64,000 nt of DNA from an uncultured Alphaproteobacteria bacterium (GCA_963838595.1 CAWIRP010000002.1:299949-363948); one strand, 5' to 3'. Numbered from the stretch's first letter, positions 22,301 to 34,621 are shown. The notes: generated by a model from the letters alone, not told the origin. Translations and numbers: made by a program.

Positions 22301-23105
22301 TCACGGGCCGATCGACAGCCGATCCAAATCGTCCTTGAGCGCGACGCCCGACACTCGCCGCTTGCGCATCGCGTCGAGCAGATGCATCAGCTTGAAGGCG
22401 GCGTCGGCATAGCCGATGCCGTCGGGCCGGATGTTGGAGATGCAGTTGCGGTCGGCATCCGTGGTCTGCGGATGCGGCGCCCATGTGAGATACGCCCCCA
22501 TGCTGTCGGGCGCGCTGAGGCCCGGCCGCTCGCCGATCAGGACCGCGACGCAATCGGCACGCAGCAGCGCGGCGACGGCGTCGCCGATCGCGACCCGTCC
22601 GTGCAGCGCCACGACGCAGGGCGCGATGCGCCAGCCCTCGGCCCGCAACGCCGGCAGCATGCCGGCCAGCACGGGCGCAGCGTGCGTTGCACCGCGCCGG
22701 CCGACAGCCCGTCGGCGACGACGAACACGATGTCGTGCGCGCCATCTTGGCGCCGGCGTGCGCGGCCAGCGCGCGCCTCACTCTCCGGCGCCAGCCGGCG
22801 GCCGAGGTCCGGACGCATCAGATGACGCTGCCGATCCTCGGCCGCGCTGGCCGCCTGCAGCACCGGTATGCCGAGCGCGGCGATGTCGGCAACAAGCCGC
22901 GGCACATCGAGCAGTTCATGCACGGCGTCGCGCGCCCGGGCGTGCGCCAGCTTGAAGTCGAGCAGCGGCGTGGTGGCCAACGATGCACCGGTTCTCGCCA
23001 GGCCGATGCGCGCCGCGGTCAGGCTTCGCAACGCGGCCCACGGACCGTCGTCCGGCACGTCGATGACGGCGGACGATCGGGCACGCTGGCGCGATCCTTC
23101 GTCAC
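22301..23105 (-). CDS. eutC: Ethanolamine ammonia-lyase light chain, frameshifted
   Basis: LRSLTAARIGLARTG, LAHARARDAVH, LMRPDLGRRL, VADGLSA, GRVAIGD, LIGERPGLSAPDSMGAY, RNCISNI. Confidence 0.92.
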
Positions 23106-24483
23106 GTGATTGCCGGCAGCAGCGCCTGGAAGCGGGCCGGCAGCTTGCCCGGACGGATGCGGCCGGCCGCATCCATCAGACCTTGACGCGTCAGCCACTC
23201 CTCGAATTCCGGCGCCGGACGGCGGCCAACAGGTCGCGCATCGCCAGCGCGTCGTGGAACGAGGTGCTTTGGTAACCGAGCATGATGTCGTCCGCGCCAG
23301 GCACGCCCATGACGAAGTTGACGCCGGACGCGACGAGCAGCGCCAGCAGCGCGTCCATGTCGTCCTGATCGGCCTCGGCGTGGTTGGTGTAGCAGACGTC
23401 GACGCCCATCGGCAGGCCCAGCAGCTTGCCGCAGAAATGATCTTCCAGACCGGCGCGGCAAATCTGCTTGCCGTCGTAAAGATATTCCGGCCCGATGAAG
23501 CCGACCACGGTGTTGACCAGCAGCGGCTTGTAGCGGCGCGCGACCGCGTAGGCGCGCGCCTCCAGCGTCTGCTGGTCGACGCCGTGATGCGCCTGCGCCG
23601 AGAGCGCGCTGCCCTGCCCGGTCTCGAAATACATCACGTTGTCGCCCAACGTGCCGCGGCGCAGCGAAAGCGCCGCATCGCGCGCCTCGTCGAGCAGCGC
23701 CAGGTCGATGCCGAAGCTGCGGTTGGCCGCCTCGGTCCCGGCGATCGACTGGAACACCAGATCGACCGGCGAACCCCGGCGGATCAGATCGAGCGTGGTC
23801 GTGACATGCGCCAGCACGCAGCTCTGAGTCGGGATTTCGAGCTTCATTCGAATTTCGTCGAGCATCGACAGCAGTCGATGCACGCGCTCGGGGCTGTCGG
23901 TGGCCGGATTGATGCCGATCACGGCGTCGCCGGCGCCGAGCAGCAGGCCGTCGAGGATGCTGGCGGCGATGCCGCGCGGATCGTCGGTCGGATGGTTGGG
24001 CTGCAGCCGCACCGACAGCCGGCCGGGCAAGCCAATCGTGTTGCGGAAGCGGGTCACCACCGAGCATTTCGCCGCGACGATCATCAGGTCCTGCAGCCGG
24101 CTGATCTTGCTCACCGCGGCGACCATTTCCGGCGTGAGGCCGGGCGCCAGCGCGGCGAGCACCGGCGTCGTCGCCTCGTCCGACAGCAGCCAGTCGCGCA
24201 AGCCGCCGACGGTCAGATGCGCGACCGACGCGAACGCCGCGCGGTCATGGCTGTCGACGATCAGCCGCGTCACCGCGTCGGCTTCGTAGGCGATGACGTG
24301 TTCCTGCAGGAACGTCGCGAGCGGCAGGTCGGCGAGCGCGAATTGCGCGGCGACGCGCTCTTCGTCGGTTTCCGCGGCGAGCCCGGCGAGCTGGTCGCCG
24401 CTGCGCAGCGGCGACGCCTTGGCGAGCAGCGTCTTGAGATCGGGGAACGTGTAACGGCGGGCTCCGACCGTGGCGCTGTACAT
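23102..24483 (-). CDS. eutB: Ethanolamine ammonia-lyase heavy chain
   Basis: LLAKASPLRSGDQLAG, RLQPNHPTDD, NVMYFETGQGS, GFIGPEYLYDGKQI, YQSTSFHD; indel near the 3' end. Confidence 0.95.
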
Positions 24484-24511
24484 CGCGAGCCTCCCGGATG
24501 AGCAGCTCTCG

Positions 24512-24929
24512 CTATGCCGGCTGGAATTTCAGCGCGACGCCGTTGATGCAATAGCGCAGGCCGGTCGGCGGCGGACCATCGGCGAACACGTGGCCGAGAT
24601 GGCTGCCGCAGGCGCTGCAATGCACTTCGGTCGCTCTCATGCCGTAGCTGCGGTCCGCCGTACTTCTCGACCGAGCCGGGCACCGGATCGTTGAAGCTCG
24701 GCCAGCCGGTGCCGCTCTCGAACTTCGTCTTGGCGACGAACAGCGGCTGGTCGCAGCCGGCGCAGACAAACGTGCCGGCGCGCTTCTCATGGAGCAGCGC
24801 GCAGGAGCCCGGCCGCTCGGTGCCGTGCTCGCGCATGATCTGGTACTGCTCCGGCGTGAGCAGCTTGCGCCATTCGGCGTCGGTGCGGGTGACGGGGTAG
24901 GTTTTGGTGTCCATGCCATGGTCTGCCAT
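24512..24929 (-). CDS. msrB: Peptide-methionine (R)-S-oxide reductase, frameshifted
   Basis: [57 protein letters not shown]. Confidence 0.93.
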
Positions 24930-25010
24930 GCCTTTCGCACTGCGCGAAATCTGAGGGAGCCAGCGCGCGCTTCGCAGGAGCTCAGACGATCGCCGATCAG
25001 CTCGCCGATC

Positions 25011-25984
25011 TCATTTAATCGCCAGCGGGTTGACCGGCGAGCCCACCGCGCCGGTGATCGGGATCGCCGGCGCGACGAACAGGAACTCGTAGACCTTGTC
25101 GGCGGCGCAGTCCTCGCCCAGCTCCTTCAGCTCGAAAATCTCGCCCATGGTCATGCCCATGATCGGGATGGTGATCCAGTGCCAGGGCTGGTTGATGCCC
25201 TCCTCGGTCTCGTTCGGCCGCACCTCGCAGCCCCAGGTGTCGGAGGCGAGCGCGGCAAGCTCGACGCGCTTGATCCACTCCAGCGTCTCGAACGCGAAGC
25301 CCGGCGCGTCGCCGCCCGGATAGCCGTCCCAGCTTCCGAGTCTTCTGGCAGCGCTGCATCTGGCCGGTGCGCACGATCACGTAGTCGCCGCGCTTCATCT
25401 CGACCTTCTGCGCCTTGGCGCGTGTCGTCGAGGTCCTTGCAGGTGATGCCGTAGCCGTCGTCGAGCGACTCCACGCCCTTGAAGCGCGCCACGTCGAGCA
25501 GCACGCCGCGGCCGACCATCTTGTGCTTGGTCTTCTCGATGCCGCACTTCTGCGCGCCGGCCGACGTCACCTCGCGGCAGTCGTAGCCGTTCCACATGTA
25601 GTTCTCATAGAACACGTGGCCGAGCCCGTCCCATTGCGTGCCGCATTGCAGCGGCATGGTCACCATGTCGTCGGCGGCGCGGATGCCGCGCTTGTCGAGC
25701 ACGCCGGAATAGGCGTCGGTGCCGGTGCGCAGCATGGTGTGGATCGGATTGGTGCGGCCCATCGCCGGATACTTGCTCTTGGCGCCCTGCGGCCCGGTGT
25801 GATCGAAGTTGAGCGCCAGCGAGATCACCTTGCCCTTCTTCACCAGCTTGGCGGCGTTGATGATGTCTTCCGCGCTGGTGAAGTTGAGCGTGCCGATCTC
25901 GTCGTTCGGCCCCCACTTGCCCCAGTTCTTGTATTTCTCCGCGGCGTCGCGAAGGTCCTGACGCGTGTACTTCTTGGCTGGCAT
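25011..25984 (-). CDS. Cyclase family (kynurenine formamidase-like) metallohydrolase, frameshifted
   Basis: [53 protein letters not shown]. Confidence 0.88.
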
Positions 25985-26025
25985 GGGCGATCCTTTTCCT
26001 CACCTGACGGCACTGAACAAAGCGA

Positions 26026-26048
26026 GCGGCGGCCCGATGGGCCGCCGC
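26026..26048. terminator. GC hairpin followed by CCTTTCTT in the divergent cyclase/tctC gap
   Basis: GCGGCGGCCC-gat-GGGCCGCCGC, 10-bp perfect stem. Confidence 0.35.
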
Positions 26049-26146
26049 CCTTTCTTAGCCTGAAACGGGCTCTGAGAAAATCCGCGTCCCGGCGGTTTTA
26101 CGGTGTTAGGCTCGCGCGAAATCAGAAACTGACAGGGAGGCGACAG

Positions 26147-27124
26147 ATGCGGGCATTGATCGGGCTGATCGTCGGCGCAGCAGTCCTGGCAAGCGGCGCA
26201 AGCCACGCGCAGAGCACGAGCGACTATCCGAACAAACCCGTGCGCATGCTCGTTCCGTACGCGCCGGGCGGTCCGGCCGACCTGATCGCCCGCATCATCA
26301 GCCAGAAGTTCACCGAGGCGTTCGGCAAGCAATTCTACGTCGAGACCCAGGCCGGCGCCGGCGGCAACATCGGCACCGCCGCCCTGGCGCGCGCGCCGGC
26401 GGACGGCTACTCGCTGCTGGTCAACAGCCAGGCGCTTGTCATCAACGCGAGCCTGTACAAGTCGCTGCCCTACGATCCGGAGAAGGATCTCGTCGCCATC
26501 ACGCGCATCGCGACCACGCCCAACGTCTTGATCGTCAACCCGTCGGTGCCGGCCAAGACCGTCAAGGAAATGGTCGAACTGATGCGGACGAAGTCCGGAC
26601 AAGTATCACGCCTACGCGCATCCGGGCCTCGGCACGCCGGCGAACCTGTCCGGCGAATTGTTCAGGCTTTCGCAGAAGCTCGACGCTGACCTCGATCCCG
26701 TTCGGCGGCGGCGGTCCTCTGGCGCAGTCCGTGCTCGGCGGCCACACGCCGGTTTCGTTCGCCTCGCTGCCGCCGTCGGTGGTTCACATCCAGTCCGGCG
26801 GAATCCGCGCGCCTCGCCGTGACCGGCGAGAAGCGCGTGGAAGGCCTGCCGAACGTGCCGACGATGGAAGAGGCCGGCTATCCGGGGCAGATCGGCGAGA
26901 CGCCGATCGGAATCCTCGCGCCGGCCGGCACTCCCAAGGAAATCGTCGATCTCCTGCATCGCAAGGTGGTCGAGATCATCGCGACGCCCGACGTCAAGGC
27001 AAAGCTCGCAGCGATCGGATTCTCGCCGATCGGCGATACGCCTGCGGAGTTCGCCGCCTACCTGAAGGCGGAAAACGCGAAATGGGCGCGAGTCATCAGC
27101 GAAGCCGGCATCAAGCTGCCGTGA
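26147..27124 (+). CDS. TctC/Bug binding protein, frameshifted
   Basis: YPNKPVRMLVPYAPGGPADLIAR, GAGGNIG, PADGYSLL, VPTMEEAG, PAGTPKEIV, KWARVI. Confidence 0.9.
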
Positions 27125-27138
27125 GAAAGGCCTAGCCG

Positions 27139-28237
27139 TCAGACCGGACGCCTGAGCCCCACGCGCTCCAGCCGCGGCAGCACCTCGGCGGCGAAATACG
27201 GCAACTCGTCGGCGTAGTTGACCAGCGACAACGCGATCCCGGTGAGTCCGGCCTGGCTCAGCTCGATCAGCGTCTGCGCAACGGTATCGGGATCGCCGAT
27301 GATCGGCAGCCCGCTGTTGCCGTGCGCGAAGTGCATGCGTTGGGTCTGGAATTCGGCCGCAGTCATGTCCTGCGCGCGTGACGCCGCGCTTGGCCAGAAT
27401 GCCGTCGACCGCAGACCAGTCGGCATTCTCAACCACGGCATAGTGATGATAGTCGTCGGCCTCCTTCCGGGTCGGCCGGCAGATGATGACGCCCACGGTG
27501 TAGACGCCGATGTCGCGGCCATGCGCACGCGCCGCCTGCTTCACCGCCGCGACCCGTTGCGCGGTCTCGTCGGCCGACACGCGCGAAGCCTGCATAAAGA
27601 ACGCGTCGCAGTTCTTCACCGCAAAGGCGCGGCCGACCGGCGACGCGCCCGCATTCATGACGATCGGCTGCGTGCCGCCATAGGGCTTCGGCTTGGCGCG
27701 AACCTTTCCGAGCTTGATGAACGCGCCATCAAAATCGAAGTCTTCGCGGTCCGACCACATCAGCTTGATGGCGTCGATCCATTCCTGCGCATAGGCGTAG
27801 CGGTTCTCGTGGTCGCGCTGCTGCACGCCAAACATCTCGAATTCATCCTCGTTCCAACCAACGACGATGTTGAGCCCGAAGCGCCCTTCCCCGATGTGAT
27901 CGGCGGTCACCATCTCCTTGGCCGCGATGATTGGATGAAACAGCGGCGCGTGCACCGTGCCGAACACGGTGATGCGCCTGGTGGCCTGCAACAGCCCGCA
28001 GGCCCACATGATGGTTTCGAGCGTCGCGCCCTGATAGTCGGTTTCGCCGCCGTAGCCCTTCCAGCGGCCGATCGGCAGCATGAACTCGATCCCGGCTTCG
28101 TCGGCCATGCGCGCCAGCTTCAGATTGTCGGGCCACGTCCCCGACCAGCGCTCCGGCACCTTGGTGACGGCGCGCCCCGACGAGCAATTGGCGCCGAACA
28201 GCCCGATTTTCAGGGCGTTGCCGCCGTGCAGCGACAT
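27139..28237 (-). CDS. Luciferase-like (LLM) flavin-dependent oxidoreductase, RutA-like, frameshifted
   Basis: KIGLFGANCSSG, ADEAGIEFMLPIGRWKGYGG, GTVHAPLFHP, GRFGLNIVVGWNEDEF, MNAGASPVGR. Alternative GTG start at 28270. Confidence 0.88.
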
Positions 28238-28307
28238 TCGGTTGCGCCCTGTCAGGTTTGCATTCGCCACGATTATCCCTCAGGCTTGGCCACACCGTTT
28301 TATTTAC

Positions 28308-28418
28308 AGGATCGCGGCTCGCCAAGGAACGCGGCCGGCCGAGTTCGGCAAGTGGATCACGGTTGAAATGAACAAGTGGGGCACGGTGGTGCGGGGCGCC
28401 AAGCTCACGGTCAAGTGA
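28308..28418 (+). pseudogene. 3'-terminal relic of a tctC/Bug gene
   Basis: Translates as ...GTRPAEFGKWITVEMNKWGTVVRGAKLTVK*, matching neighbouring TctC C-termini (TPAEFAAYLKAENAKWARVISEAGIKLP). No upstream body is present. Confidence 0.65.
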
Positions 28419-28453
28419 GCCGGCGTTTTCCGGAAAGCAAGGGAGGCTGCTCC

Positions 28454-29425
28454 ATGAAAACGATCATGCGACTGGCCGCGCTCGGCGCAGCGCTGCTCGT
28501 TTGCGGCGCGGCGAATGCGCAGCAATATCCAACCAAGCCGGTGAAGATCATGATTCCGTTTCCCGGCCGGCGGCGTGACCGACATCGCCGGCCGCCTGAT
28601 CGCGGCAGAAGCTGTCCGAGAAGCTCGGCCAGCAGTTCTACATCGAGAACTCAGGGCGGCGCCGGCGGCAACCTCGGCATGGCGCAGGTCGCGCGCTCGC
28701 CGGGCGACGGCTACACCATCCTGCTGTCGTCATCGAGCATCACGGTGAATCCGAGCCTCTACGCCAAGATGCCGTTCGACGTGGAGAAGGACCTCATCCC
28801 CGTCACCAAGGCGGGCGGCTCGCCGAATTCGTGGCTGGTCAATCCGAACTTCCCGGCCAAGACGATGAAGGAGCTGATCGACCTCATCAAGAAGGAGCCG
28901 GGCAAGCACAGCGTCGGCTCGCCGGGCGCCGGCACCACGCCGTCGCTGTCGATCGAGATGCTGCGGCTCGGCACTCGGGCTCGACTTCGTCACCGTGCCG
29001 TTCGCGGGCGGCGGCCCGATGACGCAGTCGCTGCTCGGCGGCCACACGCCGATCGTCTGCCGGCGCGATCGGCAACTCGATGAACCTGATCAAGGAAGGC
29101 AAGATCCGCGCGCTCGGCGGTCACCTCCAAGAAGCGGCTGGAGACGGCGGCGGACGTGCCGACGCTGGACGAGATCGGCATCAAGGGACAGGAGGCCGAG
29201 ACCATGACCGGCGTGTTCGTGCCGGCCGGCACGCCGAAGGCGATCGTCGATCTGCTGCAGAAGAACATCTCCGAGATCGTGAACACGCCCGACATCAAGG
29301 CGCGGCTGCTGGAGCTCGGCATCGTGCCGGAGGGCGACTCGCCGGCCTCGTTCGCGGCCTATGTCAAGGAAGACATCGCGAAGTGGAAGAAGGTGATCGC
29401 GGACGCCAAGATTCCGAAAATCTGA
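28454..29425 (+). CDS. TctC/Bug binding protein, several frameshifts
   Basis: QQYPTKPVKIMIPF, GAGGNLG, GDGYTIL, GSPGAGT, VPTLDEIG, KWKKVI. Confidence 0.88.
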
Positions 29426-29458
29426 GCTTCTCATCCGGCACGACATGCCATAAAGTCC

Positions 29459-29482
29459 GCGCGCCGCGCCAATGCGGCGCGC
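29459..29482 (+). terminator. Intercistronic hairpin between tandem tctC genes
   Basis: GCGCGCCGC-gccaat-GCGGCGCGC, 9-bp stem. Confidence 0.35.
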
Positions 29483-29504
29483 AATTCGTTCGGGAGGAAT
29501 GGAA

Positions 29505-30484
29505 ATGAAACTGCTCTTCGGGATCATCGCGGCCGGACTTGCGCTCTCCGGCGCGGCACACGCGCAGGGCTCAGGCCCCGGCGGCTATCCCAACAAGCCG
29601 GTCAAGATCATCGTGCCGTTCGCGCCGGCCGGCCCGACCGACATCGCCGCGCGGCTGATCGCCACCAAGCTCAGTCGGACACGCTGAAGCAGCAGTTCTT
29701 CGTCGAGAACGTTGCCGGCGCCGGCGGCAACATCGGCATGGGCCAGGCCGCGAAGGCCCCGCCCGACGGCTACACCATCCTGTTCGTGTCATCGAGCTAC
29801 GTCGTCAATCCGAGCCTGTACGACAAGGTGCCGTACGATCCCTACAAGGACTTCCGGCCGCTGACCGTCGCCGCCACCGCGGCGAACGTGCTGCTGGTCA
29901 ATCCGAAGGTGATCCCGGTCAACTCGCCGAAGGCGCTGGCCGATCACGTCAAGGCGAATCCGGGCAAGTACACCTTCGCGTCGGCCGGCACCGGCACCAC
30001 GCCGCACCTCTCGGGCGAACTGTTCAAGCTGACCTACAAGCTCGACACCGTGCACGTGCCGTTCGGCGGCGCAGGTCCGGCGATCCAGTCGATCATCGCC
30101 GGCCACACGCCGCTCGCCTTCACCTCGCTGCCGCCGGCGGTGCCGCACATCAAGAGCGGCTCGCTGCGCGCGCTCGCGGTCGCCAACAAGAAGCGGGTCG
30201 CGGTGCTGCCCGAGGTGCCGACGCTCGCCGAAGCCGGCATTCCGGACCAGGAGGCCGACACGTTCCAGGCCGTGCTGGTGCCGGCCGGCGTGCCGAAGGA
30301 GATCGCGGATTTCATCTATCAGGAGGTCGTCAAGGCGACGAAATCGCCGGACGTCACCGCCAAGATGGAGCAGCTCGGCCTCGAGATCATCTGCAACACG
30401 CCGGAGCAGTTCACGCAGCAGATCAAGGACGAGATCGCCAAGTGGGGCAAGGTGATCAAGGACGCGAACATCAAGCAGCAGTAA
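29505..30484 (+). CDS. TctC/Bug binding protein, frameshifted
   Basis: [60 protein letters not shown]. Confidence 0.9.
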
Positions 30485-30494
30485 CGCGCTGACG

Positions 30495-31667
30495 ATGCGT
30501 ATCGTCGATATCCGCGAAACCGCGATCCCGCTGAAGTCGCAGATCCGCAATTCGGTCTTCGACTTCTCCGAGATGACGACGTCGGTGGTGGCGGTCATCA
30601 CCGACGTCGTGCGCAACGGCAAGCCGGTCGCGGGCTTCGCCTTCAACTCGACCGGCCGTTACGCCTGCGGCGCGCAGATGCGCGACCGCTTCATCCCGCG
30701 CCTGCTCAAGACACCGCCTGACGAGCTGCTCGACGCCGACGGCAAGCTCGATCCGGCCAAAGGCCTCGCCCGCATGATGCGCGGCGAGAAGCCCGGCGGC
30801 CACACCGAGCGCTCGATCGCGATCGGCACCATCGAGACCGCGATCTGGGACGCGGTCGCCAAGATCGAGGACAAGCCGCTGCATCGCGTGCTGGCCGACC
30901 GCTACAGCGGCGGCAAGCTCGCCGACAAGATGTTCTGCTACGTCGGCGGCGGCTGGTACACGCCGGGCGAAACGCACAAGACCGTGCAGGACGAGATGCG
31001 CCGGCACATGGACGCCGGCTACACCATGCTGAAGATGAAGGTCGGCGGACTGCCGCTCGCCGACGACATGAAGCGCGTCGAGGCGGTGAAGTCGATCCTG
31101 CCCGCCGGCACGCAGCTCGCGGTCGACGCCAACTGCAAGTTCACCCGCGACGAGGCGCTCGCCTACGCCAAGGCGCTGGCGCCGTTCAAGCTGCGCTGGT
31201 TCGAGGAGCCGTGCGATCCGCTCGACTACGCGACGCTGGCCGAGGTCGGCTCCGTCTACGGCGGCGCGCTGTCGACCGGCGAGAACCTGTTCTCGACGCA
31301 GGACGTGGAAAACCTGGTGCGGTTCGGCGGCATGAAGGCGGCGCGCAACGACGTGATCCAGATCGATCCGCCGCAGGCCTACGGCATCGCGCAATACGCA
31401 CGCACCGTCGACATGCTGGCGCGCCACCAATGGCCGCGCAGCGGACTGTTCCCGCACGGCGGCAACCTGATGTCGCTCGCCATCGCCGCCGGCTTCGGGC
31501 TGGGCGGCGCGGAATCCTATCCCGGCGTGTTCGGCCCGTTCGCCGGCTACGCCGACGATCACCGGGTCGAGAATGGTTATCTGAAGTTGTCCGACCGGCC
31601 CGGCATCGGCTTCGAGGGACAATCCGCGCTCTACGCATCATGCGCGAACTGGTCATGCGTGATCTGA
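30495..31667 (+). CDS. Enolase superfamily (mandelate racemase subgroup), D-tartrate dehydratase TarD-like
   Basis: IRNS..DFSEMTTSVVAVITDVVR, EKPGGH.ERS, KMK, metal ligands VDAN / FEEP / TGEN, PHGG, ESYP. Confidence 0.85.
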   Translation: MRIVDIRETAIPLKSQIRNSVFDFSEMTTSVVAVITDVVRNGKPVAGFAFNSTGRYACGAQMRDRFIPRLLKTPPDELLDADGKLDPAKGLARMMRGEKPGGHTERSIAIGTIETAIWDAVAKIEDKPLHRVLADRYSGGKLADKMFCYVGGGWYTPGETHKTVQDEMRRHMDAGYTMLKMKVGGLPLADDMKRVEAVKSILPAGTQLAVDANCKFTRDEALAYAKALAPFKLRWFEEPCDPLDYATLAEVGSVYGGALSTGENLFSTQDVENLVRFGGMKAARNDVIQIDPPQAYGIAQYARTVDMLARHQWPRSGLFPHGGNLMSLAIAAGFGLGGAESYPGVFGPFAGYADDHRVENGYLKLSDRPGIGFEGQSALYASCANWSCVI

Positions 31668-31759
31668 TCGACTGGCCTCACTTCGGTCATGCGCTAGCCA
31701 ATCGCATAGACGGCCCGCGCCGCAAAGCCCGCTATGGTTCCTCCATGAGCGGGGGAAAC

Positions 31760-32626
31760 ATGACCTGGAAGGCGCTGCTCGCGCGCGAGAAGCCGCTGCT
31801 GCTGCCGGGCGCGTACGACGCGCTGTCGGCGCGGCTGATCGAGCGCGCCGGCTTCGCCGCCTTCACGGTCGGCGGCTACGCGCTGGTCGGCTCGCGCTAC
31901 GCCATTCCCGACATCGGGCTCGCCGCCTTCGGCGAGATCAGCGCCGGCATCCGCGACATCATGGGAGCGACGCAGCTCCCGATCCTGGTCGATTGCGACA
32001 CCGGCTACGGCGACGTGAAGAACGTCACCCGCACCATCCAGGGCTACGAGCGCATGGGCGTGTCGGCGATCTTCATGGAGGATCAGGTCGCGCCGAAACG
32101 CTGCGGCCACATGGCCGGCAAGGACGTGATCCCCGCCGACGAGATGGTGCGGAAGATCCGCGCCGCCTCCGCCGCGCGCGACAGCCGCGACTTCTACATC
32201 ATCGCGCGCACCGACGCGCGCGCCGTGCACGGCCTCGACGACGCGCTGCGCCGCGGCGAGATGTATCTCGAAGCCGGCGCCGACGGCCTGTTCATCGAGG
32301 CGCCGGAGACCGTCGAGGAACTGGAGAAGGTCGGCAAATCGTTCCAGGGCGTCGGCCAGATGGCCAACATGGTGGAAGGCGGCGGGCAGACGCCGGTGCT
32401 GCCGCCCGACGAGCTTTACCGGCTCGGCTTCAACATGGTCGCCTATCCGACCACGCTGATCTTCCGCGTCGCGCGCGCCGTCGAGAAGGCGCTGGCCGAC
32501 ATGAAGGCCGGCAAGCCCGCGGCGGACAACGAAGCGGTGAACTTCACCGACTTCAAGGACATCACCGGCTTCGCCGAATGGGCGAAGGTCGACGACACCT
32601 ACGGAACCGGCCGGGGCAAGTCATGA
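31760..32626 (+). CDS. Isocitrate lyase/PEP mutase family C-C lyase
   Basis: PGAYDALSARL, VDCDTGYG, MEDQVAPKRCGH, IARTDA, AGADGLFIEAP, ANMVEGG. Confidence 0.9.
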   Translation: MTWKALLAREKPLLLPGAYDALSARLIERAGFAAFTVGGYALVGSRYAIPDIGLAAFGEISAGIRDIMGATQLPILVDCDTGYGDVKNVTRTIQGYERMGVSAIFMEDQVAPKRCGHMAGKDVIPADEMVRKIRAASAARDSRDFYIIARTDARAVHGLDDALRRGEMYLEAGADGLFIEAPETVEELEKVGKSFQGVGQMANMVEGGGQTPVLPPDELYRLGFNMVAYPTTLIFRVARAVEKALADMKAGKPAADNEAVNFTDFKDITGFAEWAKVDDTYGTGRGKS

Positions 32627-33619
32627 TCCGCGCCGCCTGGCTCGCGACTCGCGCTGGCGCTGACAGCTTCGGCGGCGAGCGCGCAGACCAACGTGCGGCT
32701 CTCGGTCGGCGGCAAGCCGGCGCTGTTCTACCTGCCGCTCACCGTCACCGAGCGGCTCGGCTACTTCAAGGCCGAGGGCCTCAACGTCGAGATTTCCGAT
32801 TTCGCCGGCGGCGGCCGCGCGCTGCAGGCGCTGGTCGGCGGCAGCGCCGACGTCGTCACCGGCGCGTTCGATCACACCATCCAGATGCACGCCAAGGGCC
32901 AGCCGATCGTCGCGGTGACGGAGCTCGGCCACTATCCGGGCTTCGTGCTCGGCGTGCTGTCGTCCAAGGCCGCGATGTATCGCGGCCCGGCCGATCTCAA
33001 GGGCATGAAGATCGGCATCACCGCGCCGGGATCGAGCACGCATTTCATGGTGCGCTACCTGATGGCGCAGCACGGCCTCAAGGCCGAGGACGCATCGTTC
33101 ATCGGCATCGGCACCGGGCAGACCGCGGTCGCGGCGGTGAAGCGCGGCGAGATCGACGCGCTGGTCAACGCCGATCCGGTGATCAGCACACTGGAGGCCG
33201 ACGGATCGATCAAGGTCGTGATCGACACCCGCACCGCCGAAGGCACGCGGCAGGTCTATGGCGGCGCCTATCCGGCGGCGGTGCTCTACGCCACGCCGGC
33301 TTACATCGTCGGCAATCCGAAGACCGTGCAGTCGCTGACCAACGCGTTCGTGCGCGCGCTGCGCTGGATCGCGGCCAATCCGGCCGAGAAGATCGCCGAC
33401 CTGATGCCGCCGGAATACGCGCTCGGCAACAGGGAAACCTACATCCGCGCCATCCGCGCCAGCATCCCGATGTATTCCCCGGACGGCATGATCGAGCGCG
33501 AGGCCGCCGAGACGGCGCACAAGGTGCTGCGCGAGTTCGACCCGGACGTGCAGAAGGCCAACATCGATCTCAGCGCGACCTACACCAACGGCTTCGTGGC
33601 CAAGGCCCCGCCGCGCTAG
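32623..33619 (+). CDS. ABC substrate-binding protein (NMT1/SsuA-like)
   Basis: VGGKPALFYLPLTVTERLGYFKAEGL, GGSADVVTGAFDHTI, KIGITAPGSST; ATGA overlap with the lyase; indel in the signal peptide. Confidence 0.85.
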
Positions 33620-33652
33620 ATTTCAAATTGTTCACGTACGGATTCTGATGCA

Positions 33653-34621
33653 ATGCCCCAACTTCTGATCCTGCTCACGCTGCCGCCCGACGTCACCGCG
33701 CAATATCGCGCGCGGCTCAGCAAGCTGTTTCCCGAACTGGACGATCGACGTGGTGTCGCAGCGCGAGCAAGGCCGAGGCGGCGCTCGCCAAGGCCGACAT
33801 CCTGCTCACGTTCGGGCAGATGATGAAGAACCTGAAGCTCGGCCTCGAAGGCGCGGGCAACCTGAAATGGGTGCAGGCGCTGGGCACCGGGCTCGACGGC
33901 ATCACCGACCAGCCGGCGCTGAAGCCGTCCGTCACCGTCACCAGCCTGCACGGCGTGCACGGCGCGCCGGTGTCGGAGGCGGCGATGGCGGGCATGCTGG
34001 CGCTGTCGCGCGACATCCCGCGCTTCGCGCGCAACCAGGACACCCGGACCTGGGGCCGCTGGCCGGCCAAGCTGCTGCACGAGAAGACCGTCGGCATCCT
34101 CGGCATCGGCGTGATCGCCGAGGCGCTGGCGCCGAAGTGCAAGGCGTTCGGCATGAAGGTGATCGGCATCACCTCGGTGAAGCGCGACGTGCCGGGCTTC
34201 GACAGCGTGCACGACATGGACGAACTGCACGACGTGCTGCCGCACCTCGATTACCTGGTGCTGCTGACGCCCTACTCGCCCGCGACCCATCACATGATCG
34301 ACGCCAAGGTGTTCGCGGCGATGAAGCCGACGAGCTATCTGATCAACGTGGCGCGCGGCGGCGTGGTCGACGAGGACGCGATGGTCGAGGCGCTGCGCGA
34401 GAAGCAGATCGCCGGCGCCGCGCTCGACGTGTTCGAGCACGAGCCGCTGCCGCCCGATCATCCGCTGTGGACGTTCCCGAACGTCATCATCACCACCCAC
34501 CAGGGCGGCTTCTGCGACACCTACGTCGATCTCGCCATGCCGATCCTGGAGCGCAACATGCGCTGCTTCCTCAAGGGCGACCTGCAAGGGGATGGTCAAC
34601 GTGGCGCGGCCGGCGTCATGA
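33653..34621 (+). CDS. D-2-hydroxyacid dehydrogenase, frameshifted
   Basis: LKWVQALGTGLDG, TVGILGIGVIA, INVARGGVVDE, ALDVFEHEPLP, VIITTHQGG. Confidence 0.88.

Noticed and set aside
22301-24483. eutBC as part of a bacterial microcompartment locus
   Set aside because: No shell, eutA or aldehyde dehydrogenase genes nearby; the minimal eutBC arrangement is common in proteobacteria.
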